Origin: the human T2T-CHM13v2.0 reference genome, Homo sapiens
Length of the DNA: 64,000 bases
Strand: one strand, 5' to 3'
Assembly: GCF_009914755.1 (NCBI RefSeq)
Contig: NC_060937.1
Below, one piece after another: positions 1 to 16,899 of the stretch. The notes under the pieces were generated by a model. The model saw only the letters and a program-made list of their open reading frames with translations. It was not told the origin of the DNA and did no database searches. How positions within the stretch are numbered: position 1 is the first letter of the stretch; every line of letters begins with the position of its first letter. The position numbers and the translations under genes were made by a program.

Positions 1-1624
1 TAGGAAGATCTCAAATAGAATAATAAAAGACAAGTGACAGATGCCAACATCAAGGTAACAGAGGGTTTGGAATTATCTGAAAAAGATATTAAAGCAACCA
101 TCAGAAAATTTTTAATGAGCAATTACAAACACCCATGAAATAATACTGTAAGCAAAAAATGAAAGATGTAAAGAAAAATAAAACGAAAACTTTATAAATA
201 AAAAATAAAATAATAAAAAAATGGGATCAACATTAGAATGGATGGGACAAAAATAATTATTGAACTTGAAGATAGAATAATAGAAACCTAATTTGAAAAA
301 CAGGGAAACAAGTAGACTGAAAAAAAACTTGAACAGACCCTCAGAGATCTGTGGCATTATAACAAAAGCTCTAACATTTGTGTCATCAGATTTCCATAAG
401 GAGAGGAGGAACAGGGAACGACTGAAAAACTGCTCAAAACAATAATGGCAGAAAACTTTCCCAATTTGCCAAAAGACATAAACATACATTTTCAAAAAGC
501 TGAGTGAACACCAAACAGAATAGATTGAAATCCACACCAAGGAACATCATAGTCATACTTCTGAAAACTAAAGACAACGAAAAAAACCTTGAAAAACCAT
601 GAGAGAGAAAAGATACCTTACCTAAAAGGAGTCAACTTAAATGACAGTGGACTTCTCATCAAAAATCTTGGAAGCCAGAAAGCATGTGGCTCAACATTTT
701 TCAAGTGCTGACAGAAAGCATTTAACCACAAATCCTACATTCAGGAAAAATATTATTCAGGAACTAAGGAAAAATCAAGGCATTCTCAGATACAGAGAAA
801 CTGAAAATGTGTAACCAGCAGACCAAAAAGAATAGCTAGAGGAAGTTATTTCAACCAAAAGAAAATGTAAAAAATGGAATCTTTGAATACCAAGGGGGAA
901 GAAAACTATGGAAAGAGCAAAAATATGTGCAAATACGTTCCCTTATTCTCTTGTATTAAATTATGTTTCATGGTTGAAACAAAAATTATACCACTGACAT
1001 GATTTAAAATGTATAAAAAATGTTTAAGACAATTATGATTGGAGGAGATAAAGGGAGTGTTAAAGGACATCAGATTTCTATACTTGATTCAAACCAGTAA
1101 ATATATTCTGGATAATGAAAGCTGATTTCTTGCTGGATGGGGCAGGCATTAAAATAAGGAAGGAGGCAAAGCCAGGATGACCCTTGTGGAATTGTACTGG
1201 AACCAAAAAGACCAATATGTAGTCATGGTGGTTTTTCTTTTTTGTTTTTTTTTTTTAATTTAAATATATACAGTTGGCTATGGGTCTAACTGTGTATGCA
1301 TGTATGTGCTTACATATATTTATTTTCAGGCTTAGATTATTCTTAAAAGAATTGTCCCTAAAAAACAGTGTGCAAATGTAATGCTGAGATATTCATTTAT
1401 AAATACCATTTTCCAATAAATGGAAATAGATGATTCTAGGTCTGAGGTAAGAGGAGAAAGCACAGAATGAGCCTGAAACATCAATCATATAGTTCCAGAA
1501 ACGAAGAAAGTACTTTAAAATGATGATGCCATGTCAAAGGCGCTTGGGAATCGACTTCAAAAAGCAACCAGTGGCCAAATCTGGAACATTTTTAGCCACA
1601 AAATAATGGTGCTAGTAATGTTTT

Positions 1625-1682
1625 CATTTTTGTTTTTAAAGACAGAGTTCTGCTATGTTACCTGTGAGCCACTGTGCCTTGC
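1625..1682 (-). mobile_element. Internally deleted Alu monomer remnant (~58 bp)
   Basis: T-tract + agacagagttctgctatgttacc joined to tgtgagccactgtgcc; flanked by tgctagtaatgtttt (1610-1624) / tgatagtaatgtttt (1683-1697). Confidence 0.7.
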
Positions 1683-1854
1683 TGATAGTAATGTTTTATA
1701 GCCCATAGACCAAAGTAAATATCCATTAGATTGCACTGGGGTTATAAATAATGAATAGATAAATATATAGTAGAGGGAAAAAATAACTATTTTCAATAGT
1801 AGCATTTCAGTATATAAATACAAAAATAATAACTGAAATTAAAATCACCTTTTT

Positions 1855-2144
<290 letters not shown>

Positions 2145-5100
2145 TCACCTTTTTTGTTTGGTTTGCAGACACACACTGTAATCATTGTAGTCAAGAATTA
2201 TCAATGTGCACCAAAATTAGTTGGGGAAGGTGTTATGAGAGACAGGATATTTGCAATATTTCAAAGTATCTGCCCATAAGATACTTATTAGTTAAAAGTG
2301 AAAATACTAATATTGCGGGACAGAAACTTGGCAAACCTCATTTTAACAGTTATCAAATGTAATATCACCAATAATGAGACATGTCATCCTATATCTGATA
2401 TGAGGCACTGAGAAGGGTGCAACAAATTTCTGTGGTCCTCTTGCCAAATATGTATGACACATACTCAAGCTGACTAATGAGCAATGTAAACTTAATGCAA
2501 TGATGAGTGCCGGATTAGATGTTAGGCCGGTGTAAATAAATTAGTGAGACAATTGATAAAGGTGAATAAGATGCAGATGAATCAATATTATTATATCAAT
2601 GTTAATTTTTAAATTTTGATAGTTATACTATGGTTATGCAATGTGTCAACATTTGTTAACGAGTTGAGAAAAGGGTTTTGGGGAACTCTTCATACTATAT
2701 TTGCAACTTTGTATAAGTCTGAAATTATTTCCAAATAAAGTTAAAACAGGTAAAAATAAATAAAATAACTAGTGTGACTTCTGTCTCCTGATTGTTCATC
2801 AGCTATGATTTTAAATTTGTTGGTATAGTATATATTAAAACATTTAGAACTATATATAAAGATAATTTAATACACTATAGAATAAGTTCATTATTCTGTT
2901 TGGTTTGCCCTTAAATGATTTTAAGTTAAAATGTCCTTAAACATTTATTACCATTGTTACATTATTACCTTTTAAATTCAAATTTAGATTTATCTGTAGT
3001 CTATAATTTAAAAAATCTCTTACTTTTTCCTGTCTTTTAGGTAAACTTTTCATAGTTGAATAAAAACCAAGAACAGATTAGTAAGTACTAAAATAGTATG
3101 GGCCCTTATCATTGTATCTTTTCCAAATAAAGTTATCCCAGTATATAATCTTTACAGGCAAGCCCTATTTGGCAAAGAAACTATGTCCAAATGTTTGTGT
3201 TTCAAACATAGAGTAATTATAAACAGTGTAGCAACTTCTCATGATTGGCAAAGAAGAACACATATTGGGGTTTTTAACATTCCACGTAGTTTTATTAACA
3301 TTTATCTTCAGTTAGGCATTGAGTACATGTGAAGACAATATTGGAATTGAGATAAAATATATACACTTAATGTTTTCTGTAAGGATAAGACAAAGATAAC
3401 ATCTTATTTGATAGTTTGAACTGGTTGGAATTTGACCAATTAGAATGAATAGCTTTGCCTGAAAATCTTTATCTTGATGGTCAGAATTTAGATGGGTAAG
3501 CTGCCTGATTAATTCCAGATTTCAAATATTTTCATTCCAAATTTTCTTCCTGGCAGGATAATTACCAGGAATAATATAGATGAGTACAAATGTTTTTGGA
3601 AAAATTTATGTTGTTTAGGGTTAAAAATAAGTTCACGATATTTAAACTTGGTCAACTTAAATGATATTTAAAGTACTTGGTAAACTTTGTCATCTTCTAG
3701 TTTCTAAACATATTTTGGAAATAATCCTTGCAAGGTTTTGTAATACTCAGTGTTCTCTGGAAGATGAATTCCAGTTGGCTGTATTTCATAGCACCTGCAG
3801 CTTTCGGAAATAACTAAGATTTTCAGTTGACATGTCCTAGATATTAATTTATGTTGTAAGTTAAAATGATTAAATTTGTGTGCTTGTGAGGCAAGGTGCT
3901 TTTGTTAAGAAGAACATTTAATGAAGAACAAATAAAGTCAAACAGTGATTTAAATCTCTATTTAAGAGAGAAAAATATATAAAAGTAATGCTTGGAATTT
4001 GACCTCAGCTGTTAAGGAGAAAAATGAATTACAAGAAAATGTAGAAGCATGTATCTTAGCTTATTTCAGTGTGGTTGTTTTATAACCTTAAAAAAAATAC
4101 CATTTAAAGTATTGCATGTGTAACAAAGTGTTATTTTGTTAAATTATTCTTATGCAAATAAGGTTTGCAACATATACTAAAGTCTCATTATTTGTGTGTT
4201 GTCTTTCTGAGAGTTAGAATAAACAGTGAAAGATTAAACATAGGATTCAAGTTGCCTGTGGTTTGATCCCAAATTTTAAATGTTCATTGAGAAGAAGAGT
4301 TCTCTGAGGTCAGACACAGGAATGATACAGATTTAATTATGGTTTTGAGTCACAGCCCCTAAAACAAGAATGGTCCAGCAATGAGCAGGATAATAAATCA
4401 ATAAAAGATTGGATGACAGCATCACAAACCAATATTTTGCATGTGACCACATACCTAGATCACTACTAAATTTAGTTATTATTTGGAAATTCAAGGATAT
4501 CCAGGGTTGGCCTGGGGATTTAAAATGCATGTTCCTCATTGAGGGTTTGGAATGGGTTAAGGATCTTTTAAAAGTATTTGGGGGTTTTGTCAAGTCCTGA
4601 GTTTTCCTGAGTTTAAATGCTTTTAGGAAATAGCAATTGGCTCACTACAGATGGTTTTAGGAAAAAAACAAAAGACAAAAACAACAACAGCAAAAAGCTT
4701 TTAAATATGTAGATCTTAGACACTAGACCTGCCTTAGACTAGAGGAAAAGATGGCTAAAAGTGATAAATTTAGGTGACAAATTTTCAGCTTTATTGCCTT
4801 GTCCATTTACTGCAAACCTGGAAAGATATAAAAGAAATTTGCTGAAAGGATGGGTAGAAGCACAGAAGCTGTTAAGGAGCAATTGTGTCCTTAGAAAAAG
4901 GAGCATTAGTTTCCAGAATATTTGTGGGATAAGAGAAACTGAGGAAACACTGAGGGATATTTGAGAGGGACTGATGGAAATACGCTCTTCCAGGGAGGCA
5001 GGCACTGTTTTTTATTGGTCAACAGTCTATTTCCTGAGCATAATTGAGTACTTGCACTCAGATGGTACTTAGCAAAAATTTGTTTAAAAAAAAGAAATTT

Positions 5101-5175
5101 AATCCCTCTCTCCTCAATCCTTCTCTTGCACTTTGCAGCTAACTTCAACTATAGTACATGTTATAGTATGTTGAA

Positions 5176-5680
<505 letters not shown>

Positions 5681-5735
5681 TAAAGAGGAATGTGTATATT
5701 GAATAACATGAATGATACATTTGTAATAGAGAATG

Positions 5736-5817
5736 TAGAATAGAATGGAACAGAATAGAATAGAATAGAATAGAATAGAATAGAATAGAATAGAATAGAA
5801 TAGAATAGAATAGAATA
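5736..5817. repeat. (TAGAA)n pentanucleotide microsatellite
   Basis: About 16 tandem TAGAA units read directly, two of them variant. Confidence 0.97.
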
Positions 5818-8800
5818 GGTTACAAATCTAAAGTAATATATCCGCTGAAAAACTTACCTGAATAAACTGGTTGCCTTAGAAATGCATCAAATGGCAAGTT
5901 CACTCATGATTGATGCCAAAATAGGTAGGTGCTATAATTCACAATTAATGAGTAGAGGAAACTATTATAGCCCCTGACAATGATAAATATTTAGGAGTTA
6001 TTTGGGCTAATAATTTTGAGGTAGGACAAATTCCCTTTCCAGCAACGCTGAACAAAGTAGATTCTCTTTGTCATTGGTTGATGCTTAGTAATCCACTCCC
6101 GGAGCAATGCCAGAGGCCTAGACCTGGAAACTAGATTGCACCAACACCAAAGCAGAATTTCTGTCCTACAGGTTCTCCATAGACAGGGAGAGAAGGAAAA
6201 CTAGCAGGAGAAATTTTGGAGTCCAGTAGGTCACTGCAGAAACCTGAATCAGAAGAGTGACAAATTGAGAGAGGCTCAGAAAACAGTATTCAAATCTAGC
6301 AGTCATCATAAGACCAACAGATAGAAAGCTGGAGCAAGGATAAGGAATGGGTTTTGGGTGAGAGGGGAAGACGAGAATGGCAGGTAGACCAAGGTTGTTG
6401 ATAAAGTTCATGCTTGGCTTGTGTTGGGCTCAGGAACAAAAATGAGAATAAGTTTGTAAATGACATGAAAAAGAATTGGAAATACTGTGTAATTAAAGTT
6501 GCAGGGAAATCAGAAAAAAAATGTATTTCTAAACACATATAGAATGCCTTGTAATTTAGGTTCATATTCTCAACACATTTGGCAGAGTTTCCTGAAGAAA
6601 GACAAATCTTAAAAAGATATACAAAATCAGGGAAGAAAATTTATTGTTCAAAGAGACATTTTAAAATATGACTGGCCTTAAAATGTGAAAGGCACATTGA
6701 ACTGAATTTGACCTTGGCAATTTGTAATAAAAGATGAATACTTTTGCAAAGATGGAATTTTTGTTTATCTAAATTAAATGATAAACATTATTCTTCTTGA
6801 AGTCTGCCTTATCCTAGATCTTCAATTTTCTTCAATGAAGGATGTCTTCAGATATTTTTATCCAAAGCTTTTTCTTCATTATTTTGAATATTCATTTTAA
6901 TCTTCATTCACTAAGGAAAATTAATGGAATGGGATGGATTCACTCATAGTTAGATATGTATATATGCAATCTTTCCTCATTATAATTTTTACAACGTGGA
7001 TATGTTTACTTTATAACTCACAGAGTATATCATTTTTATTTTCTTGCTATATCTGTTTTATTTTTGATTATAAAAAATGTCTCAAAGGATAAAATTAAAT
7101 ATGTGTTTGTGTATAAAAAGCAATTCTATGCAATGATTAGCCTCCCCATTACCCAGAAACATTTTTTATGCTGACAATTGATGAATCTCATGTTATGGCT
7201 CATTAGTAAACTTAGGTTCAGTTCCAAGTTTTTAGACATACTCCCAAAAGTCATTCAGTATAAACATATATGTACTTTACAGCATTTGTTGTGGTAGGTC
7301 AGAGGATATTGTCAATGATTCTGGTCTTATTTAAGAAGGCTCTGCAGTTTGGTATATCATTTGCACCCTACATACATAAGGAGCATAAAAGTCAACCAAG
7401 AACATAGCACTGTGGCATATCACATGACAAAGAATGGTATCTCTGGGATTCTCAGTCCTCATTCTGTCAGCTCATAGTCTAAACTTCAATGTTGACTTTT
7501 AGAAGAAGCCTAAGGCAAAATTTCAAAGGAGCAGGTAAGTGGAAAGTCTCATCTTATTCTCTACCAAGTCCAGGGCTGTTTGCCTTCCTTTTTGGTCAGC
7601 TTGTCCAACAGGTTGCTGTGGTGGGGTATGTGGGATGCTCTTTATGAAAGAGGCACTACTAAAGTCAAATAGCTCTTAAGTGTAAGAACTGAGATATGAA
7701 TCCAGGCCTCCTGACTCCAGTTCCTTAGCCAAAATATATACTAAAGGTATTAAATAGCTAATCTTTTGCAAGACAGGTAGGTAAATTTGGGTTTGAGTCA
7801 ATAATCAAGAAAGTACCCAAGTCTGGTTCTGTTTTCAAAGTAAAACTCCGTTTAATGACAGTAGAAATGTGACTTTATACTTTGCACTTTGAATTCAGAG
7901 TAGGGCTGTAAGTGGGCATTCCTGTTGCCTGATCATATTTCTTGCTAATCTCTTAATATTTATAGATAGAATGCCAAAAAATGTTAAGTGTGTGCTAATA
8001 GGTTCCTAAAAGGATTGGCCCTTAACTTTCCATATTAAGCCTTTGCTTATCTTGTCCAAACCCTCAGTTTTGTTGGAATTCTAATTACTAACCTATTCCC
8101 CTGTGCAGATGGTCATGGGAGGAAGTTCTTCCTCCCTTGACCAAAGTAATTTATTAGTTTGTTGACAGATTACACAAGGCTGGGTTTTCTGCTTATCACA
8201 GTTAATGTCTCAAATATGCCTGAGGAGTGTGTATTTTGTACTTGTAAGGTCATCATGTTGCCACAAGCTCTAGCCTGTTTGTTTGAACAGGGGCAAGAAC
8301 ATGCACATAGATCACTCAATAAGCATAATTGTTAAAGGTATGATGGCTAACAAAGATAAACATGGTCCCTGAGGAAGAGGTCATAAAATTCCCAGCATGT
8401 CTTCTAATGGCAACACAAATTTTATAAAAAGCCTATTTGATAGTTTGGCTTTACTCTTATACATATGTAAACAGTTTAGTTAACTTCCTTATTATGTATT
8501 TGTATCACAATAGAGTTAATGCATACAGAATTGTTTGTTAGTATTAACAAGTAGAATACCTGAAATCATCACATCTACTATTCATGAAATGTATCAATGT
8601 TTTTCTTAAAATTATGTATATATTAGTGCCAGTGTAAATGGATGGTTTCAGTAGTCCAGAGAACTTGTTTAAATTTCCTATTAGAAAATGAATATCTACT
8701 TCTATATGTCCCAAATCAGTGAACATTTCTGTGGTCTTTTATATAGTTTTAACATTTCAGATTAAATGTTTCATCTAATCATGCCTCTTCACAAAAAATT

Positions 8801-9469
8801 AAAGAATAAACATAAAAGTAAAAAGAGTAAAAAATTTGAAAGTAAAAGTAAAAAATAAAAAAATTCATCAGATTGTAAAATAAATTCAGATAAAAATTCA
8901 ACTATTATCTGAGTGGCTCCAAAAAAACTCATTGATGACTTTGTCAACAACTCAAGAATATCAGAGTTGTGAAGACAAAACATAGAAAAAAAAATTGATC
9001 CTTATATTGAAGAGATATTTCAAGATAACAGGTACTAATTATCATTTTTCCTTTTCTAAAAAATTTAGAATGCAAAAATTACAGTTGACTATTAACCAGA
9101 GTTTATTGAAGAATGGCAAGAAATGACTTGGTAGTGACTGAAGTAAGAAAGTGCCTCGCTTTTTGATCGAAGCATTACCTGTTTTCAAAGGACTATGTGG
9201 TCTAGAAGGCACTCAGGAGACTAACTTAGTGACCAGAGGAAAAACAGGTTACTTATGGTTCTGCCTTGTGACTCTTCATTATCAGCACATTCCAGAAACT
9301 CATATCCCTTGCTTTTCCTTTTTTATTTCCTATATTCTTTCATATTTTTAAAGAACAAGTCTCACTTTGTAGTTTAAGATTGTAAAGATTGTAAAGTTAT
9401 TTTATCTCATTGCTGTGAAGAATGCTATTTGTTGTTCATTTGTTAAATATTATTTTACTTTCTAATAAA

Positions 9470-9730
9470 AAACTTTTTAATTTTTTTATTTTTCACTTCT
9501 TTCATTTTATACCTCTTCTTTAAATTTCTCCTCAGAAAGTTTGTATTCTTTTTACTTTATCTTGTTATATTTATTCTATATTATTTTATTCATTTACTTT
9601 TTGTCTTCTACTTTACTCTTTACCTTTCTTTTTACCTTTTACTGCATTTTCTTTGTAATACTTATGCTCTTTGATTAATTTTATAGTTTAGTTTCTTACT
9701 TTATACTTTATTTGATTTTATTGCCCCTTT
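9470..9730. repeat. T-rich low-complexity tract (degenerate TTTTAC/TTTTAT)
   Basis: Direct inspection; very few G on the + strand. Confidence 0.8.
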
Positions 9731-11974
9731 TTATAATGGCTATAATGGGATAGCAGCAGAGGAAGAGGTAGTTCAGAGCACTTGTTTATTCTTTGAAAAA
9801 AAATTATGTGACTATAATATACTGGGCACAATATTTGTGAGAAACATAAATTATTGAACCATTTACTCTATCTTTAAAACATGAATCTGGTGCAGTTTCT
9901 CTCAGCCATTTCTTTGAGATTAACTGCCCCCATAAAACCAAGTAAGAGATTGTTCTCTCAGGACCACTTGAGGGCAGGTGGTGCATGCAGAGGTTTTTAA
10001 ACTGCACTTCCCTGATTCCTGACAGGAGAGCAGATTCAGGAACACCCATAAGGGATATTGGATAAGCCTGCTGACTAGCATGAATTTCCCAACTTGTGTT
10101 TTTTTCAAGAGGACTCCCAGGAAAAATCTCTTTCAGGAAGTCCTCCCTGGAAGTAGTTGTTCTTCTGAGTAATTCTTTTATTTTATATGCATTGTGAACG
10201 ACAAAGCTGAGAGTTTTCCCTCTTTGTCTTGGCTTTTGGAATAAGCACAGTCCAATTTGTGCCTTGCTTCTTGCAATTTTGTAGCAGGAGTTTATAGGAT
10301 AAACTTAGTGTACTCAAATTCACTTTTAGCTGCCTTTTCTTTCTTCTCCTTATATTCAATTTGCACCAATTTCTTTATTAATAAATATCCCTTATTTTGT
10401 TTTTCCTTCCTTATGCATTTTAAAAAGGTTTAAATTAGTTTTAAGAGCAAGGCAAAGGCTTTTTTTCTCATACTATAAAAAGATTTTAACAGATTGCATA
10501 TTTTTGAGCAGAAACTATGCTCCATCTGCCTCCACTGGCACTGAATAGTACACTACCTGTCACAAAAGAGTGTGAATTCTAGTTTAATTGATTCCAGAGC
10601 AGTTCTGTGTTTTTATTGTCACATAGAAACCAAGTGTTTAGGATTCATATACACCCCCAAGTCTGATCACAGGCAAATTGTGCAATGATCATTGTTTCTA
10701 AGGTTCATATTTATTAAGCTTGTGTGCTCAGGGGGCTACCCTAAAACTGATTATGTCTTCGTTTCCTCTATCTTCTCTAACAGCTAAAGGTCTATGATTA
10801 CAAGGCATTTCTTGCCAAGGCGTTGTCTTTCATAAGTCAATAGACATTTGCAGGCTTTTGCCTACTTATGATTGTGGGGTTTCCCTACAGCTTACTCTGT
10901 TATCTTAGAAAAAAATGTTAAGTATCTTTTCTAAGACTGGATATTTCTTAGATATACATATAGTAAGGAGTAGACTGTTGCAAATTTATGGGAAGAGATG
11001 AAAAGAGGGCAGATATTATGCAAGTCTCCATCAAGTTATTTAAACAGTAATACATTTGAACTCTTCTTTAAAAGTAAAATTATGTCTTTATTATCCTGCA
11101 TATACCTAAATGTAGTTCTATATTTGGGGAAAGATTAGATTAGAACTAAAGGGCACATTCTTCAGGAAAATGTCTGACATATAACCACTTGCTGTTCCTT
11201 ATTTATGTATTTCTCTATATCAAACTTAAAGAAAGATATAGAGAAGTTATTCACATAGACTTTGTATAATGAGGAGATTCCTCCCTTCTTCCTGAGCACA
11301 GCAGAATGGAGATGGTCAATGGGGCCACAAACGAACTCTTGGGAATGAGCAGATTAACACTTTTCCTAAAAAAAAAGAGTGATAAATTATCTAAATTCTT
11401 CAAAATGCTTTTTAAATTTGGTTGAAATTTTAGAATTTTTAAAATTCTGACAATAGTAAAATGCCAATTGTTAGAGGTGTTCCTGTTTATGTGTTTGGTT
11501 TAGGTTAATACTGTGTTACCCAATGTGACTAATCTTTGAATTATTAATGTAATGTTCATAACTTTTGCTAGCAACTCACCCAGAATGGTCAACTCTTTGT
11601 TATTGTGTAGTATTTATCACCTATTCTAAGGCATTATAGTATTTATTATTTTGACAAATTTTCAAATATAAGTGCTAGTCTCTAAAGCAATGGTTTATAA
11701 GCCATATCTTTTAGACATTACTATTCTAATATAGATCTTTTCCCATTAGATTCAAAACAACTTGAGCTTCCTTTCCAACAGAAGTCTCTACTACCTTTCA
11801 AGTTGCCATATAACTTGAAATGTATTTACTATTCCTTTTTGATGAACAAAAGAGGTCCGGTTTCACAAATGCTTATCAAGTTCAATATTAGGTGAGATTC
11901 TGTATTAGGCAAAGACGAATAAAATGAGATTACAGTGTACTGGGAGAAACATACATATACAAATAAATTATAAT

Positions 11975-14015
11975 GAGATTTCTGCTTTGGGCCAAGATGG
12001 AGTAGAAGAAACAAGATTTACCCTCATGACTAAAACAAGAAAATAAGAAACAAAAAATATAAAGCAATGGATCTCGACATTACCCCTCAAGCAACAATGG
12101 CAGTTATGTGAGTGAGACAGAAAACAAATGAGGTGAGTTCTGTGATTGCTCTAGCCTACACGTTTCTGGAACTTAGGGCAGAGCAAGGACCCAGGGAGAA
12201 CCTGGCAGTCTCCCTGAGTTTAGAAAATGAATCCGAAAACTCAGGGAAGTCAAAACACCTAGAGTTTGAAAAGAAAAGCATGGGAGAGGAAAGAAAAGCA
12301 AAGAGAGAGAACTGCAGAGAATTTATCTCACAAGTGTTCAATTGAAGGCTGATCAGTACATGTGTGTAAGGAAACCAACCACCTTAAATCATTAAAGGCG
12401 ACAGTGTCCCGGACTTATAAAGGACCAGCAGTAGTGCCAGTTTCCAATATCTAGAGAAGAAAACCTCATAATTCACAGAATATCAGATAGTATACTCAGA
12501 AGAATATGCTTCAGTAGTGGAAAACATTAACCCTGACAAAAGGCTATGCTCATTCTTCTTAGGAAAGCATTAAGACAAGAGATCTCAAAGAGTGAACGCT
12601 TTCCAATTAACTTAAATGCCTTGTAGAACAAAGGAATCAAAAAATATCCTGGCCCAAATAAGATAAAATTCATGATGCATGTAATAGAAATTATGAAGCT
12701 TAATATAAAGAATAGAAATTATGAAGCTTAATATGAATTATTAATAGAAATTATGAAGCTTAATATAAAGAAGCAAGGAAATGTAAGCCATAATGAGAAA
12801 AAAAATCAATTAAAAATGATTCGGAAAAAAGGGGATGGAGTCAATAAAGAGTGAAAGAATAGTTTTTACAATTGTATTCAATATGTTCGAGAAGCTAAAG
12901 GCCAGATTGGACATGTAAAGTGCAGACATGAAAGAGGTAAAACTAAAACATCTCAAGTCTAAAACAGATAACAATCTGCAATGCCTAACAGAAAAATACA
13001 GTGAGTAGAGTTAACAGCATTTTGCAGAAGAAAAGCACAGTAAATTTCAAGACATAACAATAGAAACTATTCAAAAGGAAATACAGAAAGAAAAAAGATT
13101 TTAAAAAACGAACAGAATATCAGTGAACTGTGGGACAATTCAATTCAGCCAAATGTATGTAAATACAGTCAGAAAATGACAGGGTGGGGTGAGGTGACGG
13201 AAAAAAAATCTGTGAAAAAACACTGGCTTAATGAAAAACATAAATTCAAGATACAAGAAGTTCATGGTAGCCCAAACATACGTACACACACAAATAAAGA
13301 AAATGACACCATGACACATCATAATCAAATTGCTTAAAACCAATGATTAAAGATAGCCTTTAAAGGAGCCGGAAGAAAAGATTCATTATAGAAATAGAAA
13401 CAAAAATTAGGACATCAAATTTGTCGTTAAACAATGAATATTTAAGGAGTGGATCAATATCTTTAAAGTCTTTATCTAAAATTTAAAAAATAAACACATC
13501 AGCCTAAGATTATCCAGCAGAAATATGTTTCATAAAGAAAGAGAAAAAAAGAAAAAGACTATTTCAGACATACAAAAGCTAAGAGAATTTATAATGAAGG
13601 CATCCGCACTACAAGAAATGTTAGAGAGAGACCTCGAAGTAGAAGGAAAATGATACCAAATGGAAATCTGTAATGACAGAAAAATGAACATTAGAAGTAG
13701 TAAAGAAATGGGTGACTATAAAGACTATTTAAGTCTCATTAATAGATAACTGTTTAAAACAAGAATAATGATGTTTCCTGTTATTTATAATATATTGAAA
13801 TAAAATGCATGATAAAAATAACTCAAAGACCATGAAGGGTCAAATGGAAGTATGTTGTTTTAAATTTCTTACCCTGGGAATGAACTAGGACAGCATTACA
13901 TGAGAGTAGAGTGGTAAGTTAGTGAGGTATACTATAAACCTCAAACCACCACCAAAATAACACCACAAACACCTACATCTACTAAAAGCAGCAGACATAA
14001 AGTAAAATACAGATA
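11975..14015 (+). mobile_element. Old L1M 5'UTR/ORF1 region (degraded); resumes after the ARF4 retrocopy (~15980-16070)
   Basis: ttctgctttgggccaagatggagtag 5' end; ORF1-like gaacagaatatcagtgaactgtgggacaattcaa, cacatcataatcaaattgcttaaaacc; continuation aaatggtagatttaaatcca at ~16045. Confidence 0.7.
12683..12770. repeat. Three perfect copies of a 24-bp unit (aatagaaattatgaagcttaatat)
   Basis: Copies start at 12683, 12711 and 12743. Confidence 0.95.
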
Positions 14016-14020
14016 AAATG

Positions 14021-15975
<1,955 letters not shown>

Positions 15976-16899
15976 AATGAAATTTAGTTAAGAAAAGGAA
16001 AGTAAAAAAGAGGTAAGAGCAGACAGGACAAAGAGGAAACAACAAATGGTAGATTTAAATCCATTTCCAATACATAAAAATGTTTCTGTTATATTACTGT
16101 GTGCAAGATATTTATAAATGTCAGGTTGTGATTATAGGAGATATCTTTGTAACAATAAATTGTTCATTCTCTCCTGCCTTTTAAAGTGTCACTAAAATTA
16201 TTTCTGCTTTCTTTTTCTTTTTTTTTTTCAGTATGTCTTTTCTTATTCCTATATATTCAGGGTTTTTCAGAATCTCACATTCAGAGCAAATGGATACATT
16301 TTGTTTTATTGTCTGCGTTTTTTTTTAAGTAGCTGACTGACTTTAAAATTATCATGTGTGATGTGCATTTTTTTCTAAACATTCCACATATGACATATGT
16401 TTTCTTTTTTTTTTTTTTTTTCTTAAAATTTTGGAAGTTCCACAATTTGCCCTCAAGACTGTACTATCAATCTAGTTAATTTTATACAGTATTTATTAAC
16501 TCTAAATGTCAGCCCTGATAATAATAGGATTTTCTTTGGCAGATTTGTTTCTCCATTTTTTGATGAGTTTAATTTTGTTAATTTTCTCAGCATCTTCCTG
16601 TATGCCTGTAAAATAGGTATATGACAAATAGTTTTAAATTATATCTTTGAATGCTATCTATAAGAAACACAATAATAAGTATGTTTATATGTCTCATCAT
16701 TTTTTAGCCATTATTCTCATATTTATTTCCATTATTAGTTCTACAGTTCAATGTATACTCAATGCTCACCACGATTTGTTTTTGTGTAATTAACCCTTTA
16801 TTTTTTGGTTGTTTTTATTTTTTATCAATATTTTTTTCCATAAGGACTTATGAGAAATGTGTTCTTCCCTATAACTCAAAGTTAAAAACAAAAACAAAA

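Noticed and set aside
9790-10400. Possible ancient LTR
   Set aside because: Composition is suggestive but I could not identify termini, TSD or family
12683-12770. CRISPR-like direct repeats
   Set aside because: Only three units, 4-8 nt linkers, no cas genes, and inside a mammalian L1
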